Shown here piece after piece: positions 12,866-29,549 of a stretch of DNA of 64,000 nt. The stretch lies in the NCBI RefSeq assembly GCF_009914755.1, contig NC_060925.1. One strand, written 5' to 3'. Position 1 is the stretch's first letter, and the number at the start of each line of letters is the position of its first letter. The position numbers were made by a program, and so were the translations under genes. The notes beneath the pieces were generated by a model that was given only the letters and a program-made list of their open reading frames with translations, was not told where the DNA came from and ran no database searches. This DNA comes from the human T2T-CHM13v2.0 reference genome, Homo sapiens.

Positions 12866-15800
12866 ATGGAATCGTCATCAAATGAATTGAATGCAATCAT
12901 CGAATGGTCTCGAATGGAATCATCTTCTAATGGAAAGGAATGGAATCATCGCATAGAATCGAATGGAATTATCATCGAATGGAATCGAATGGTATCAACA
13001 CCAAACGGAAAAAAACGGAATTATCGAATGGAATCGAAGAGAATCTTCGAACGGACCCGAATGGAATCATCTAATGGAATGGAATGGAATAATCCATGGA
13101 CTCGAATGCAATCATCATCGAATGGAATCGAATGGAATCATCGAATGGACTCGAATGGAATAATCATTGAACGGAATCGAATGGAATCATCATCGGATGG
13201 AAACGAATGGAATCATCATCGAATGGAAATGAAAGGAGTCATCATCTAATGCAATTGCATGGAATCATCATCAAATGGAATCGAATGGAATCAACATCAA
13301 ATCGAATCAAACGGAATCATTGAACGGAATTGAATGGAATCGTCATCGAATGAATTGACTGCAATCATCGAATGGTCTCGAATGGAATCATCTTCAAATG
13401 GAATGGAATGGAATCATCGCATAGAATCGAATGGAATTATCACCGAAAGCAATCGAATGGAATCAACATCCAACGGAAAAAAACGGAATTATCGAATGGA
13501 ATCGAAGAGAATCATCGAATGGACCCGAATGGAATCATCTAATGGAATGGAATGGAATAATCCATGGACTCGAATGCAATCATCATCGAATGGAATCGAA
13601 TGGAATCATCGAATGGACTCGAATGGAATAATCATTGAACGGAATAGAATGGAATCATCATCGGATGGAAATGAATGGAATCATCATCGAATGGAATCGA
13701 ATAGAATTATGGAATTAAATCCAGTGTGATCATCATCGAATGGACCCGAATGGAATCATCATCCAACGGAAGCTAATGGAATCAACATCGAATGAATCAA
13801 ATGGAAACACCATCGAATTGAAACGAATGGAATTATCATGAAATTGAAATGGATGGACTCATCATCGAATGGATTCGAAAGGAATCATCGAATAAAATTG
13901 ATTGAAATCATCATCGAATGGAATCGAATGGTATCATTGAATGGAATCGAATGGAATCATCATCAGATGGAAATGAATGGAATCGTCATAGAATGGAATC
14001 GAATGGATTCATTGAATGGAATCAGATGGAATCATCGAATGGACTGGAATGGAATCATTGAATGGACTCGAAAGGGATCATGATTGAATGGAATTGAATG
14101 GAATCATCGAATGGTCTTGATTGGAATCATTATCAAATGGAATCGAATGGAATCACCGAATAGAATCGAATGGAACAATCATCGAATGGACTCAAATGGA
14201 ATTATCCTCCAATGGAATCGAATGGAATTATCGAATGCAATCGAATGGAATTATCGAATGCAATCGAATAGAATCATCGAATGGACTCGAATGGAATCAT
14301 CGAATGGAATGGAATGGAACAGTCAATGAACTCGAATGGAATCATCATTGAATGGAATCGAATGGAATCATCGAGTAGAATCGAATGGAATTATGATCAA
14401 ATGGAATCGAATGTAATCATCATCAAATGGAATCAAAAATAACCATCATCAATTGGTATTGAATGGAATTGTCATCAAATGGAATTCAAAGGAATCAATA
14501 TCAAATGGAACCGAATGGAATCCTCATTGAATGGAAATGAAAGGGGTCATCATCTAATGGAATCGCATGGAATCATCATCAAATGGAATCGAATGGAATC
14601 ATCATCAAATGGAATCTAATGGAATCATTGAACAGAATTGAATGGAATCGTCATCGAATGAATTGAATGCAATCATCGAATGGTCTCGAATGGAATCATC
14701 TTCTAATGGAAAGGAATGGAATCATCGCATAGAATCGAATGGAATTATCATCGAATGGAATCGAATGGTATCAACACCAAACGGAAAAAAACGGAATTAT
14801 CGAATGGAATCGAAGAGAATCTTCGAACGGACCCGAATGGAATCATCTAATGGAATGGAATGGAATAATCCATGGACTCGAATGCAATCATCATCGAATG
14901 GAATGGAATGGAATCATCGAATGGACTCGAATGGAATAATCATTGAACGGAATCGATTGGAATCATCATCGGATGGAAACGAATGGAATCATCATCGAAT
15001 GGAAATGAAAGGAGTCATCATCTAATGGAATTGCATGGAATCATCATAAAATGGAATCGAATGGAATCAACATCAAATGGAATCAAAAGGAATCATTGAA
15101 CGGAATTGAATGGAATCGTCATCGAATGAATTGACTGCAATCATCCAATGGTCTCGAATGGAATCATCTTCAAATGGAATGGAATGGAATCATCGCATAG
15201 AATCGAATGGAATTATCATCGAATGGAATCGAATGGAATCAACATCAAACGGAAAAAAACGGAATTATCGAATGGAATCGAAGAGAATCATCGAATGGAC
15301 CCGAATGGAATCATCTAATGGAATGGAATGGAATAATCCATGGACTCGAATGCAATCATCATCGAATGGAATCGAATGGAATCATCGAATGGACTCGAAT
15401 GGAATAATCATTGAACGGAATCGAATGGAATCATCATCGGATGGAAATGAATGGAATCATCATCGAATGGAATCGAATAGAATTATGGAATGAAATCCAG
15501 TGTGATCATCATCGAATGGACCCGAATGGAATCATCATCCAACGGAAGCTAATGGAATCAACATCGAATGAATCGAATGGAAACACCATCGAATTGAAAC
15601 GAATGGAATTATCATGAAATTGAAATGGATGGACTCATCATCGAATGGATTCGAATGGAATCATCGAATAAAATTGATTGAAATCATCATCAAATGGAAT
15701 CGAATGGTATCATTGAATGGAATCGAATGAAATCATCATCAGATGGAAATGAATGGAATCGTCATAGATTGGAATCGAATGGATTCATTGAATGGAATCA

Positions 15801-18193
15801 GATGGAATCATCGAATGGACTGGAATGGAATCATTGAATGGACTCGAAAGGGATCATGATTGAATGGAATTGAATGGAATCATCGAATGGTCTCGATTGG
15901 AATCATTATCAAATGGAATCGAATGGAATCACCGAATAGAATCGAATGGAACAATCATCGAATGGACTCAAATGGAATTATCCTCAAATGGAATCGAATG
16001 GAATTATCGAATGCAATCGAATGGAATTATCGAATGCAATCGAATAGAATCATCGAATGGACTCGAATGGAATCATCGAATGGAATGGAATGGAACAGTC
16101 AATGAACACGAATGGAATCATCATTGAATGGAATCGAATGGAATCATCGAGTGGAATCGAATTGAATTATGATCAAATGGAATCGAATGTAATCATCATC
16201 AAATGGAATCAAAAATAACCATCATCAATTGCTATTGAATGGAATTGTCATCAAATGGAATTCAAAGGAATCATCATCAAATGGAACCGAATGGAATCCT
16301 CATTGAATGGAAATGAAAGGGGTCATCATCTAATGGAATCGCATGGAATCATCATCAAATGGAATCAAATGGAATCATCATCAAATGGAATCTAATGGAA
16401 TCATTGAACAGAATTGAATGGAATCGTCATCGAATGAATTGAATGCAATCATCGAATGGTCTCGAATGGAATCATCTTCTAATGGAAAGGAATGGAATCA
16501 TCGCATAGAATCGAATGGAATTATCATCGAATGGAATCGAATGGTATCAACACCAAACGGAAAAAAACGGAATTATCGAATGGAATCGAAGAGAATCTTC
16601 GAACGGACCCGAATGGAATCATCTAATGGAATGGAATGGAATAATCCATGGACTCGAATGCAATCATCATCGAATGGAATCGAATGGAATCATCGAATGG
16701 ACTCGAATGGAATAATCATTGAACGGAATCGAATGGAATCATCATCGGATGGAAACGAATGGAATCATCATCGAATGGAAATGAAAGGAGTCATCATCTA
16801 ATGCAATTGCATGGAATCATCATCAAATGGAATCGAATGGAATCAACATCAAATGGAATCTAATGGAATCATTGAACAGAATTGAATGGAATCGTCATCG
16901 AATGAATTGACTGCAATCATCGAATGGTCTCGAATGGAATCATCTTCAAATGGAATGGAATGGAATCATCGCATAGAATCGAATGGAATTATCATCGAAT
17001 GGAATCGAATGGAATCAACATCAAACGGAAAAAAACGGAATTATCGAATGGAATCGAAGAGAATCATCGCATGGACCCGAATGGAATCATCTAATGGAAT
17101 GGAATGGAATAATCCATGGACTCGAATGCAATCATCATCGAATGGAATCGAATGGAATCATCGAGTGGACTCGAATGGAATAATCATTGAACGGAATCGA
17201 ATGGAATCATCATCGGATGGAAATGAATGGAATCATCATCGAATGGAATCGAATAGAATTATGGAATGAAATCCAGTGTGATCATCATCGAATGGACCCG
17301 AATGGAATCATCATCCAACGGAAGCTAATGGAATCAACATCGAATGAATCAAATGGAAACACCATCGAATTGAAACGAATGGAATTATCATGAAATTGAA
17401 ATGGATGGACTCATCATCGAATGGATTCGAATGGAATCATCGAATAAAATTGATTGAAATCATCATCCAATGGAATCGAATGGTATCATTGAATGGAATC
17501 GAATGGAATCATCATCAGATGGAAATGAATGGAATCGTCATAGAATGGAATCGAATGGATTCATTGAATGGAATCAGATGGAATCATCGAATGGACTGGA
17601 ATGGAATCATTGAATGGACTCGAAAGGGATCATGATTGAATGGAATTGAATGGAATCATCGAATGGTCTCGATTGGAATCATTATCAAATGGAATCGAAT
17701 GGAATCACCGAATAGAATCGAATGGAACAATCATCGAATGGACTCAAATGGAATTATCCTCAAATGGAATCGAATGGAATTATCGAATGCAATCGAATGG
17801 AATTATCGAATGCAATCGAATAGAATCATCGAATGGACTCGAATGGAATCATCGAATGGAATGGAATGGAACAGTCAATGAACTCGAATGGAATCATCAT
17901 TGAATGGAATCGAATGGAATCATCGAGTGGAATCGAATGGAATTATGATCAAATGCAATCGAATGTAATCCTCATCAAATGGAATCAAAAATAACCATCA
18001 TCAATTGGTATTGAATGGAATTGTCATCAAATGGAATTCAAAGGAATCATCATCAAATGGAACCGAATGGAATCCTCATTGAATGGAAATGAAAGGGGTC
18101 ATCATCTAATGGAATCGCATGGAATCATCATCAAATGGAATCGAATGGAATCATCATCAAATGGAATCTAATGGAATCATTGAACAGAATTGA

Positions 18194-19256
18194 ATGGAAT
18201 CGTCATCGAATGAATTGAATGCAATCATCGAATGGTCTCGAATGGAATCATCTTCTAATGGAAAGGAATGGAATCATCGCATAGAATCGAATGGAATTAT
18301 CATCGAATGGAATCGAATGGTATCAACACCAAACGGAAAAAAACGGAATTATCGAATGGAATCGAAGAGAATCTTCGAACGGACCCGAATGGAATCATCT
18401 AATGGAATGGAATGGAATAATCCATGGACTCGAATGCAATCATCATCGAATGGAATCGAATGGAATCATCGAATGGACTCGAATGGAATAATCATTGAAC
18501 GGAATCGAATGGAATCATCATCGGATGGAAACGAATGGAATCATCATCGAATGGAAATGAAAGGAGTCATCATCTAATGGAATTGCATGGAATCATCATA
18601 AAATGGAATCGAATGGAATCAACATCAAATCGAATCAAACGGAATCATTGAACAGAATTGAATGGAATCGTCATCGAATGAATTGACTGCAATCATCGAA
18701 TGGTCTCGAATGGAATCATCTTCAAATGGAATGGAATGGAATCATCGCATAGAATCGAATGGAATTATCACCGAATGGAATCGAATGGAATCAACATCAA
18801 ACGGAAAAAAACGGAATTATCGAATGGAATCGAAGAGAATCATCGAATGGACCCGAATGGAATCATCTAATGGAATGGAATGGAATAATCCATGGACTCG
18901 AATGCAATCATCATCGAATGGAATCGAATGGAATCATCGAATGAACTCGAATGGAATCATCATTGAATGGAATCGAATGGAATCATCGAGTGGAATCGAA
19001 TGGAATTATGATCAAATGGAATCGAATGTAATCATCATCAAATGGAATCAAAAATAACCATCATCAATTGGTATTGAATGGAATTGTCATCAAATGGAAT
19101 TCAAAGGAATCATCATCAAATGGAACCGAATGGAATCCTCATTGAATGGAAATGAAAGGGGTCATCATCTAATGGAATCGCATGGAATCATCATCAAATG
19201 GAATCGAATGGAATCATCATCAAATGGAATCTAATGGAATCATTGAACAGAATTGA
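18194..19256 (+). repeat. 1063-bp short unit S (713-bp deletion), copy 1
   Basis: B 18662 to A 19257 is 595 bp. Junction ATCATCGAATGAACTCGAATGGAATCATCATTG at ~18935-18965. Confidence 0.92.
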
Positions 19257-22200
19257 ATGGAATCGTCATCGAATGAATTGAATGCAATCATCGAATGGTC
19301 TCGAATGGAATCATCTTCTAATGGAAAGGAATGGAATCATCGCATAGAATCGAATGGAATTATCATCGAATGGAATCGAATGGTATCAACACCAAACGGA
19401 AAAAAACGGAATTATCGAATGGAATCGAAGAGAATCTTCGAACGGACCCGAATGGAATCATCTAATGGAATGGAATGGAATAATCCATGGACTCGAATGC
19501 AATCATCATCGAATGGAATCGAATGGAATCATCGAATGGACTCGAATGGAATAATCATTGAACGGAATCGAATGGAATCATCATCGGATGGAAACGAATG
19601 GAATCATCATCGAATGGAAATGAAAGGAGTCATCATCTAATGGAATTGCATGGAATCATCATAAAATGGAATCGAATGGAATCAACATCAAATGGAATCA
19701 AATGGAATCATTGAACGGAATTGAATGGAATCGTCATCGAATGAATTGACTGCAATCATCGAATGGTCTCGAATGGAATCATCTTCAAATGGAATGGAAT
19801 GGAATCATCGCATAGAATCGAATGGAATTATCATCGAATGGAATGGAATGGAATCAACATCAAACGGAAAAAAACGGAATTATCGAATGGAATCGAAGAG
19901 AATCATCGAATGGACCCGAATGGAATCATCTAATGGAATGGAATGGAATAATCCATGGACTCGAATGCAATCATCATCCAATGGAATCGAATGGAATCAT
20001 CGAATGGACTCGAATGGAATAATCATTGAACGGAATCGAATGGAATCATCATCGGATGGAAATGAATGGAATCATCATCGAATGGAATCGAATAGAATTA
20101 TGGAATGAAATCCAGTGTGATCATCATCGAATGGACCCGAATGGAATCATCATCCAACGGAAGCTAATGGAATCAACATCGAATGAATCGAATGGAAACA
20201 CCATCGAATTGAAACGAATGGAATTATCATGAAATTGAAATGGATGGACTCATCATCGAATGGATTCGAATGGAATCATCGAATAAAATTGATTGAAATC
20301 ATCATCGAATGGAATCGAATGGTATCATTGAATGGAATCGAATGGAATCATAATCAGATGGAAATGAATGGAATCGTCATAGAATGGAATCGAATGGATT
20401 CATTGAATGGAATCAGATGGAATCATCGAATGGACTGGAATGGAATCATTGAATGGACTTGAAAGGGATCATGATTGAATGGAATTGAATGGAATCATCG
20501 AATGGTCTCGATTGGAATCATTATCAAATGGAATCGAATGGAATCACCGAATAGAATCGAATGGAACAATCATCGAATGGACTCAAATGGAATTATCCTC
20601 AAATGGAATCGAATGGAATTATCGAATGCAATCGAATGGAATTATCGAATGCAATCGAATAGAATCATCGAATGGACTCGAATGGAATCATCGAATGGAA
20701 TGGAATGGAACAGTCAATGAACACGAATGGAATCATCATTGAATGGAATCGAATGGAATCATCGAGTGGAATCGAATGGAATTATGATCAAATGGAATCG
20801 AATGTAATCATCATCAAATGGAATCAAAAATAACCATCATCAATTGGTATTGAATGGAATTGTCATCAAATGGAATTCAAAGGAATCATCATCAAATGGA
20901 ACCGAATGGAATCCTCATTGAATGGAAATGAAAGGGGTCATCATCTTATGGAATCGCATGGAATCATCATCAAATGGAATCGAATGGAATCATCATCAAA
21001 TGGAATCTAATGGAATCATTGAGCAGAATTGAATGGAATCGTCATCGAATGAATTGAATGCAATCATCGAATGGTCTCGAATGGAATCATCTTCTAATGG
21101 AAAGGAATGGAATCATCGCATAGAATCGAATGGAATTATCATCGAATGGAATCGAATGGTATCAACACCAAACGGAAAAAAACGGAATTATCGAATGGAA
21201 TCGAAGAGAATCTTCGAACGGACCCGAATGGAATCATCTAATGGAATGGAATGGAATAATCCATGGACTCGAATGCAATCATCATCGAATGGAATCGAAT
21301 GGAATCATCGAATGGACTCGAATGGAATAATCATTGAAAGGAATCGAATGGAATCATCATCGGATGGAAACGAATGGAATCATCATCGAATGGAAATGAA
21401 AGGAGTCATCATCTAATGCAATTGCATGGAATCATCATCAAATGGAATCGAATGGAATCAACATCAAATGGAATCTAATGGAATCATTGAACAGAATTGA
21501 ATGGAATCGTCATCGAATGAATTGACTGCAATCATCGAATGGTCTCGAATGGAATCATCTTCAAATGGAATGGAATGGAATCATCGCATAGAATCGAATG
21601 GAATTATCATCGAATGGAATCGAATGGAATCAACATCAAACGGAAAAAAACGGAATTATCGAATGGAATCGAAGAGAATCATCGAATGGACCCGAATGGA
21701 ATCATCTAATGGAATGGAATGGAATAATCCATGGACTCGAATGCAATCATCATCGAATGGAATCGAATGGAATCATCGAGTGGACTCGAATGGAATAATC
21801 ATTGAACGGAATCGAATGGAATCATCATCGGATGGAAATGAATGGAATCATCATCGAATGGAATCGAATAGAATTATGGAATGAAATCCAGTGTGATCAT
21901 CATCGAATGGACCCGAATGGAATCATCATCCAACGGAAGCTAATGGAATCAACATCGAATGAATCAAATGGAAACACCATCGAATTGAAACGAATGGAAT
22001 TATCATGAAATTGAAATGGATGGACTCATCATCGAATGGATTCGAATGGAATCATCGAATAAAATTGATTGAAATCATCATCGAATGGAATCGAATGGTA
22101 TCATTGAATGGAATCGAATGGAATCATCATCAGATGGAAATGAATGGAATCGTCATAGAATGGAATCGAATGGATTCATTGAATGGAATCAGATGGAATC

Positions 22201-22808
22201 ATCGAATGGACTGGAATGGAATCATTGAATGGACTCGAAAGGGATCATGATTGAATGGAATTGAATGGAATCATCGAATGGTCTCGATTGGAATCATTAT
22301 CAAATGGAATCGAATGGAATCACCGAATAGAATCGAATGGAACAATCATCGAATGGACTCAAATGGAATTATCCTCAAATGGAATCGAATGGAATTATCG
22401 AATGCAATCGAATGGAATTATCGAATGCAATCGAATAGAATCATCGAATGGACTCGAATGGAATCATCGAATGGAATGGAATGGAACAGTCAATGAACTC
22501 GAATGGAATCATCATTGAATGGAATCGAATGGAATCATCGAGTGGAATCGAATGGAATTATGATCAAATGCAATCGAATGTAATCCTCATCAAATGGAAT
22601 CAAAAATAACCATCATCAATTGGTATTGAATGGAATTGTCATCAAATGGAATTCAAAGGAATCATCATCAAATGGAACCGAATGGAATCCTCATTGAATG
22701 GAAATGAAAGGGGTCATCATCTAATGGAATCGCATGGAATCATCATCAAATGGAATCGAATGGAATCATCATCAAATGGAATCTAATGGAATCATTGAAC
22801 AGAATTGA

Positions 22809-24934
22809 ATGGAATCGTCATCGAATGAATTGAATGCAATCATCGAATGGTCTCGAATGGAATCATCTTCTAATGGAAAGGAATGGAATCATCGCATAGA
22901 ATCGAATGGAATTATCATCGAATGGAATCGAATGGTATCAACACCAAACGGAAAAAAACGGAATTATCGAATGGAATCGAAGAGAATCTTCGAACGGACC
23001 CGAATGGAATCATCTAATGGAATGGAATGGAATAATCCATGGACTCGAATGCAATCATCATCGAATGGAATCGAATGGAATCATCGAATGGACTCGAATG
23101 GAATAATCATTGAACGGAATCGAATGGAATCATCATCGGATGGAAACGAATGGAATCATCATCGAATGGAAATGAAAGGAGTCATCATCTAATGGAATTG
23201 CATGGAATCATCATAAAATGGAATCGAATGGAATCAACATCAAATCGAATCAAACGGAATCATTGAACAGAATTGAATGGAATCGTCATCGAATGAATTG
23301 ACTGCAATCATCGAATGGTCTCGAATGGAATCATCTTCAAATGGAATGGAATGGAATCATCGCATAGAATCGAATGGAATTATCACCGAATGGAATCGAA
23401 TGGAATCAACATCAAACGGAAAAAAACGGAATTATCGAATGGAATCGAAGAGAATAATCGAATGGACCCGAATGGAATCATCTAATGGAATGGAATGGAA
23501 TAATCCATGGACTCGAATGCAATCATCATCGAATGGAATCGAATGGAATCATCGAAGGAACTCGAATGGAATCATCATTGAATGGAATCGAATGGAATCA
23601 TCGAGTGGAATCGAATGGAATTATGATCAAATGGAATCGAATGTAATCATCATCAAATGGAATCAAAAATAACCATCATCAATTGGTATTGAATGGAATT
23701 GTCATCAAATGGAATTCAAAGGAATCATCATCAAATGGAACCGAATGGAATCCTCATTGAATGGAAATGAAAGGGTTCATCATCTAATGGAATCGCATGG
23801 AATCATCATCAAATGGAATCGAATGGAATCATCATCAAATGGAATCTAATGGAATCATTGAACAGAATTGAATGGAATCGTCATCGAATGAATTGAATGC
23901 AATCATCGAATGGTCTCGAATGGAATCATCTTCTAATGGAAAGGAATGGAATCATCGCATAGAATCGAATGGAATTATCATCGAATGGAATCGAATGGTA
24001 TCAACACCAAACGGAAAAAAACGGAATTATCGAATGGAATCGAAGAGAATCTTCGAACGGACCCGAATGGAATCATCTAATGGAATGGAATGGAATAATC
24101 CATGGACTCGAATGCAATCATCATCGAATGGAATCGAATGGAATCATCGAATGGACTCGAATGGAATAATCATTGAACGGAATCGAATGGAATCATCATC
24201 GGATGGAAACGAATGGACTCATCATCGAATGGAAATGAAAGGAGTCATCATCTAATGGAATTGCATGGAATCATCATAAAATGGAATCGAATGGAATCAA
24301 CATCAAATCGAATCAAACGGAATCATTGAACAGAATTGAATGGAATCGTCATCGAATGAATTGACTGCAATCATCGAATGGTCTCGAATGGAATCATCTT
24401 CAAATGGAATGGAATGGAATCATCGCATAGAATCGAATGGAATTATCACCGAATGGAATCGAATGGAATCAACATCAAACGGAAAAAAACGGAATTATCG
24501 AATGGAATCGAAGAGAATCATCGAATGGACCCGAATGGAATCATCTAATGGAATGGAATGGAATAATCCATGGACTCGAATGCAATCATCATCGAATGGA
24601 ATCGAATGGAATCATCGAATGAACTCGAATGGAATCATCATTGAATGGAATCGAATGGAATCATCGAGTGGAATCGAATGGAATTATGATCAAATGGAAT
24701 CGAATGTAATCATCATCAAATGGAATCAAAAATAACCATCATCAATTGGTATTGAATGGAATTGTCATCAAATGGAATTCAAAGGAATCATCATCAAATG
24801 GAACCGAATGGAATCCTCATTGAATGGAAATGAAAGGGGTCATCATCTAATGGAATCGCATGGAATCATCATCAAATGGAATCGAATGGAATCATCATCA
24901 AATGGAATCTAATGGAATCATTGAACAGAATTGA
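22809..24934 (+). repeat. Two tandem 1063-bp short units S (copies 2 and 3)
   Basis: A landmarks at 22809, 23872 and 24935 (1063 spacing). Same junction and shared markers CAAATCGAATCAAACGG and TTATCACCGAA. Confidence 0.92.
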
Positions 24935-27900
24935 ATGGAATCGTCATCGAATGAATTGAATGCAATCATCGAATGGTCTCGAATGGAATCATCTTCTAAT
25001 GGAAAGGAATGGAATCATCGCATAGAATCGAATGGAATTATCATCGAATGGAATCGAATGGTATCAACACCAAACGGAAAAAAACGGAATTATCGAATGG
25101 AATCGAAGAGAATCTTCGAACGGACCCGAATGGAATCATCTAATGGAATGGAATGGAATAATCCATGGACTCGAATGCAATCATCATCGAATGGAATCGA
25201 ATGGAATCATCGAATGGACTCGAATGGAATAATCATTGAACGGAATCGAATGGAATCATCATCGGATGGAAACGAATGGAATCATCATCGAATGGAAATG
25301 AAAGGAGTCATCATCTAATGGAATTGCATGGAATCATCATAAAATGGAATCGAATGGAATCAACATCAAATGGAATCAAATGGAATCATTGAACGGAATT
25401 GAATGGAATCGTCATCGAATGAATTGACTGCAATCATCGAATGGTCTCGAATGGAATCATCTTCAAATGGAATGGAATGGAATCATCGCATAGAATCGAA
25501 TGGAATTATCATCGAATGGAATGGAATGGAATCAACATCAAACGGAAAAAAACGGAATTATCGAATGGAATCGAAGAGAATCATCGAATGGACCCGAATG
25601 GAATCATCTAATGGAATGGAATGGAATAATCCATGGACTCGAATGCAATCATCATCCAATGGAATCGAATGGAATCATCGAATGGACTCGAATGGAATAA
25701 TCATTGAACGGAATCGAATGGAATCATCATCGGATGGAAATGAATGGAATCATCATCGAATGGAATCGAATAGAATTATGGAATGAAATCCAGTGTGATC
25801 ATCATCGAATGGACCCGAATGGAATCATCATCCAACGGAAGCTAATGGAATCAACATCGAATGAATCGAATGGAAACACCATCGAATTGAAACGAATGGA
25901 ATTATCATGAAATTGAAATGGATGGACTCATCATCGAATGGATTCGAATGGAATCATCGAATAAAATTGATTGAAATCATCATCGAATGGAATCGAATGG
26001 TATCATTGAATGGAATCGAATGGAATCATAATCAGATGGAAATGAATGGAATCGTCATAGAATGGAATCGAATGGATTCATTGAATGGAATCAGATGGAA
26101 TCATCGAATGGACTGGAATGGAATCATTGAATGGACTTGAAAGGGATCATGATTGAATGGAATTGAATGGAATCATCGAATGGTCTCGATTGGAATCATT
26201 ATCAAATGGAATCGAATGGAATCACCGAATAGAATCGAATGGAACAATCATCGAATGGACTCAAATGGAATTATCCTCAAATGGAATCGAATGGAATTAT
26301 CGAATGCAATCGAATGGAATTATCGAATGCAATCGAATAGAATCATCGAATGGACTCGAATGGAATCATCGAATGGAATGGAATGGAACAGTCAATGAAC
26401 ACGAATGGAATCATCATTGAATGGAATCGAATGGAATCATCGAGTGGAATCGAATGGAATTATGATCAAATGGAATCGAATGTAATCATCATCAAATGGA
26501 ATCAAAAATAACCATCATCAATTGGTATTGAATGGAATTGTCATCAAATGGAATTCAAAGGAATCATCATCAAATGGAACCGAATGGAATCCTCATTGAA
26601 TGGAAATGAAAGGGGTCATCATCTTATGGAATCGCATGGAATCATCATCAAATGGAATCGAATGGAATCATCATCAAATGGAATCTAATGGAATCATTGA
26701 ACAGAATTGAATGGAATCGTCATCGAATGAATTGAATGCAATCATCGAATGGTCTCGAATGGAATCATCTTCTAATGGAAAGGAATGGAATCATCGCATA
26801 GAATCGAATGGAATTATCATCGAATGGAATCGAATGGTATCAACACCAAACGGAAAAAAACGGAATTATGGAATGGAATCGAAGAGAATCTTCGAACGGA
26901 CCCGAATGGAATCATCTAATGGAATGGAATGGAATAATCCATGGACTCGAATGCAATCATCATCGAATGGAATCGAATGGAATCATCGAATGGACTCGAA
27001 TGGAATAATCATTGAAAGGAATCGAATGGAATCATCATCGGATGGAAACGAATGGAATCATCATCGAATGGAAATGAAAGGAGTCATCATCTAATGCAAT
27101 TGCATGGAATCATCATCAAATGGAATCGAATGGAATCAACATCAAATGGAATCTAATGGAATCATTGAACAGAATTGAATGGAATCGTCATCGAATGAAT
27201 TGACTGCAATCATCGAATGGTCTCGAATGGAATCATCTTCAAATGGAATGGAATGGAATCATCGCATAGAATCGAATGGAATTATCATCGAATGGAATCG
27301 AATGGAATCAACATCAAACGGAAAAAAACGGAATTATCGAATGGAATCGAAGAGAATCATCGAATGGACCCGAATGGAATCATCTAATGGAATGGAATGG
27401 AATAATCCATGGACTCGAATGCAATCATCATCGAATGGAATCGAATGGAATCATCGAGTGGACTCGAATGGAGTAATCATTGAACGGAATCGAATGGAAT
27501 CATCATCGGATGGAAATGAATGGAATCATCATCGAATGGAATCGAATAGAATTATGGAATTAAATCCAGTGTGATCATCATCGAATGGACCCGAATGGAA
27601 TCATCATCCAACGGAAGCTAATGGAATCAACATCGAATGAATCAAATGGAAACACCATCGAATTGAAACGAATGGAATTATCATGAAATTGAAATGGATG
27701 GACTCATCATCGAATGGATTCGAATGGAATCATCGAATAAAATTGATTGAAATCATCATCGAATGGAATCGAATGGTATCATTGAATGGAATCGAATGGA
27801 ATCATCATCAGATGGAAATGAATGGAATCGTCATAGAATGGAATCGAATGGATTCATTGAATGGAATCAGATGGAATCATCGAATGGACTGGAATGGAAT

Positions 27901-28486
27901 CATTGAATGGACTCGAAAGGGATCATGATTGAATGGAATTGAATGGAATCATCGAATGGTCTCGATTGGAATCATTATCAAATGGAATCGAATGGAATCA
28001 CCGAATAGAATCGAATGGAACAATCATCGAATGGACTCAAATGGAATTATCCTCAAATGGAATCGAATGGAATTATCGAATGCAATCGAATGGAATTATC
28101 GAATGCAATCGAATAGAATCATCGAATGGACTCGAATGGAATCATCGAATGGAATGGAATGGAACAGTCAATGAACTCGAATGGAATCATCATTGAATGG
28201 AATCGAATGGAATCATCGAGTGGAATCGAATGGAATTATGATCAAATGCAATCGAATGTAATCCTCATCAAATGGAATCAAAAATAACCATCATCAATTG
28301 GTATTGAATGGAATTGTCATCAAATGGAATTCAAAGGAATCATCATCAAATGGAACCGAATGGAATCCTCATTGAATGGAAATGAAAGGGGTCATCATCT
28401 AATGGAATCGCATGGAATCATCATCAAATGGAATCGAATGGAATCATCATCAAATGGAATCTAATGGAATCATTGAACAGAATTGA

Positions 28487-29549
28487 ATGGAATCGTCATC
28501 GAATGAATTGAATGCAATCATCGAATGGTCTCGAATGGAATCATCTTCTAATGGAAAGGAATGGAATCATCGCATAGAATCGAATGGAATTATCATCGAA
28601 TGGAATCGAATGGTATCAACACCAAACGAAAAAAAACGGAATTATCGAATGGAATCGAAGAGAATCTTCGAACGGACCCGAATGGAATCATCTAATGGAA
28701 TGGAATGGAATAATCCATGGACTCGAATGCAATCATCATCGAATGGAATCGAATGGAATCATCGAATGGACTCGAATGGAATAATCATTGAACGGAATCG
28801 AATGGAATCATCATCGGATGGAAACGAATGGAATCATCATCGAATGGAAATGAAAGGAGTCATCATCTAATGGAATTGCATGGAATCATCATAAAATGGA
28901 ATCGAATGGAATCAACATCAAATCGAATCAAACGGAATCATTGAACAGAATTGAATGGAATCGTCATCGAATGAATTGACTGCAATCATCGAATGGTCTC
29001 GAATGGAATCATCTTCAAATGGAATGGAATGGAATCATCGCATAGAATCGAATGGAATTATCACCGAATGGAATCGAATGGAATCAACATCAAACGGAAA
29101 AAAACGGAATTATCGAATGGAATCGAAGAGAATCATCGAATGGACCCGAATGGAATCATCTAATGGAATGGAATGGAATAATCCATGGACTCGAATGCAA
29201 TCATCATCGAATGGAATCGAATGGAATCATCGAATGAACTCGAATGGAATCATCATTGAATGGAATCGAATGGAATCATCGAGTGGAATCGAATGGAATT
29301 ATGATCAAATGGAATCGAATGTAATCATCATCAAATGGAATCAAAAATAACCATCATCAATTGGTATTGAATGGAATTGTCATCAAATGGAATTCAAAGG
29401 AATCATCATCAAATGGAACCGAATGGAATCCTCATTGAATGGAAATGAAAGGGGTCATCATCTAATGGAATCGCATGGAATCATCATCAAATGGAATCGA
29501 ATGGAATCATCATCAAATGGAATCTAATGGAATCATTGAACAGAATTGA
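28487..29549 (+). repeat. 1063-bp short unit S, copy 4
   Basis: B 28955 to A 29550 is 595 bp, with the same junction at ~29232 and the same markers. Confidence 0.92.
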
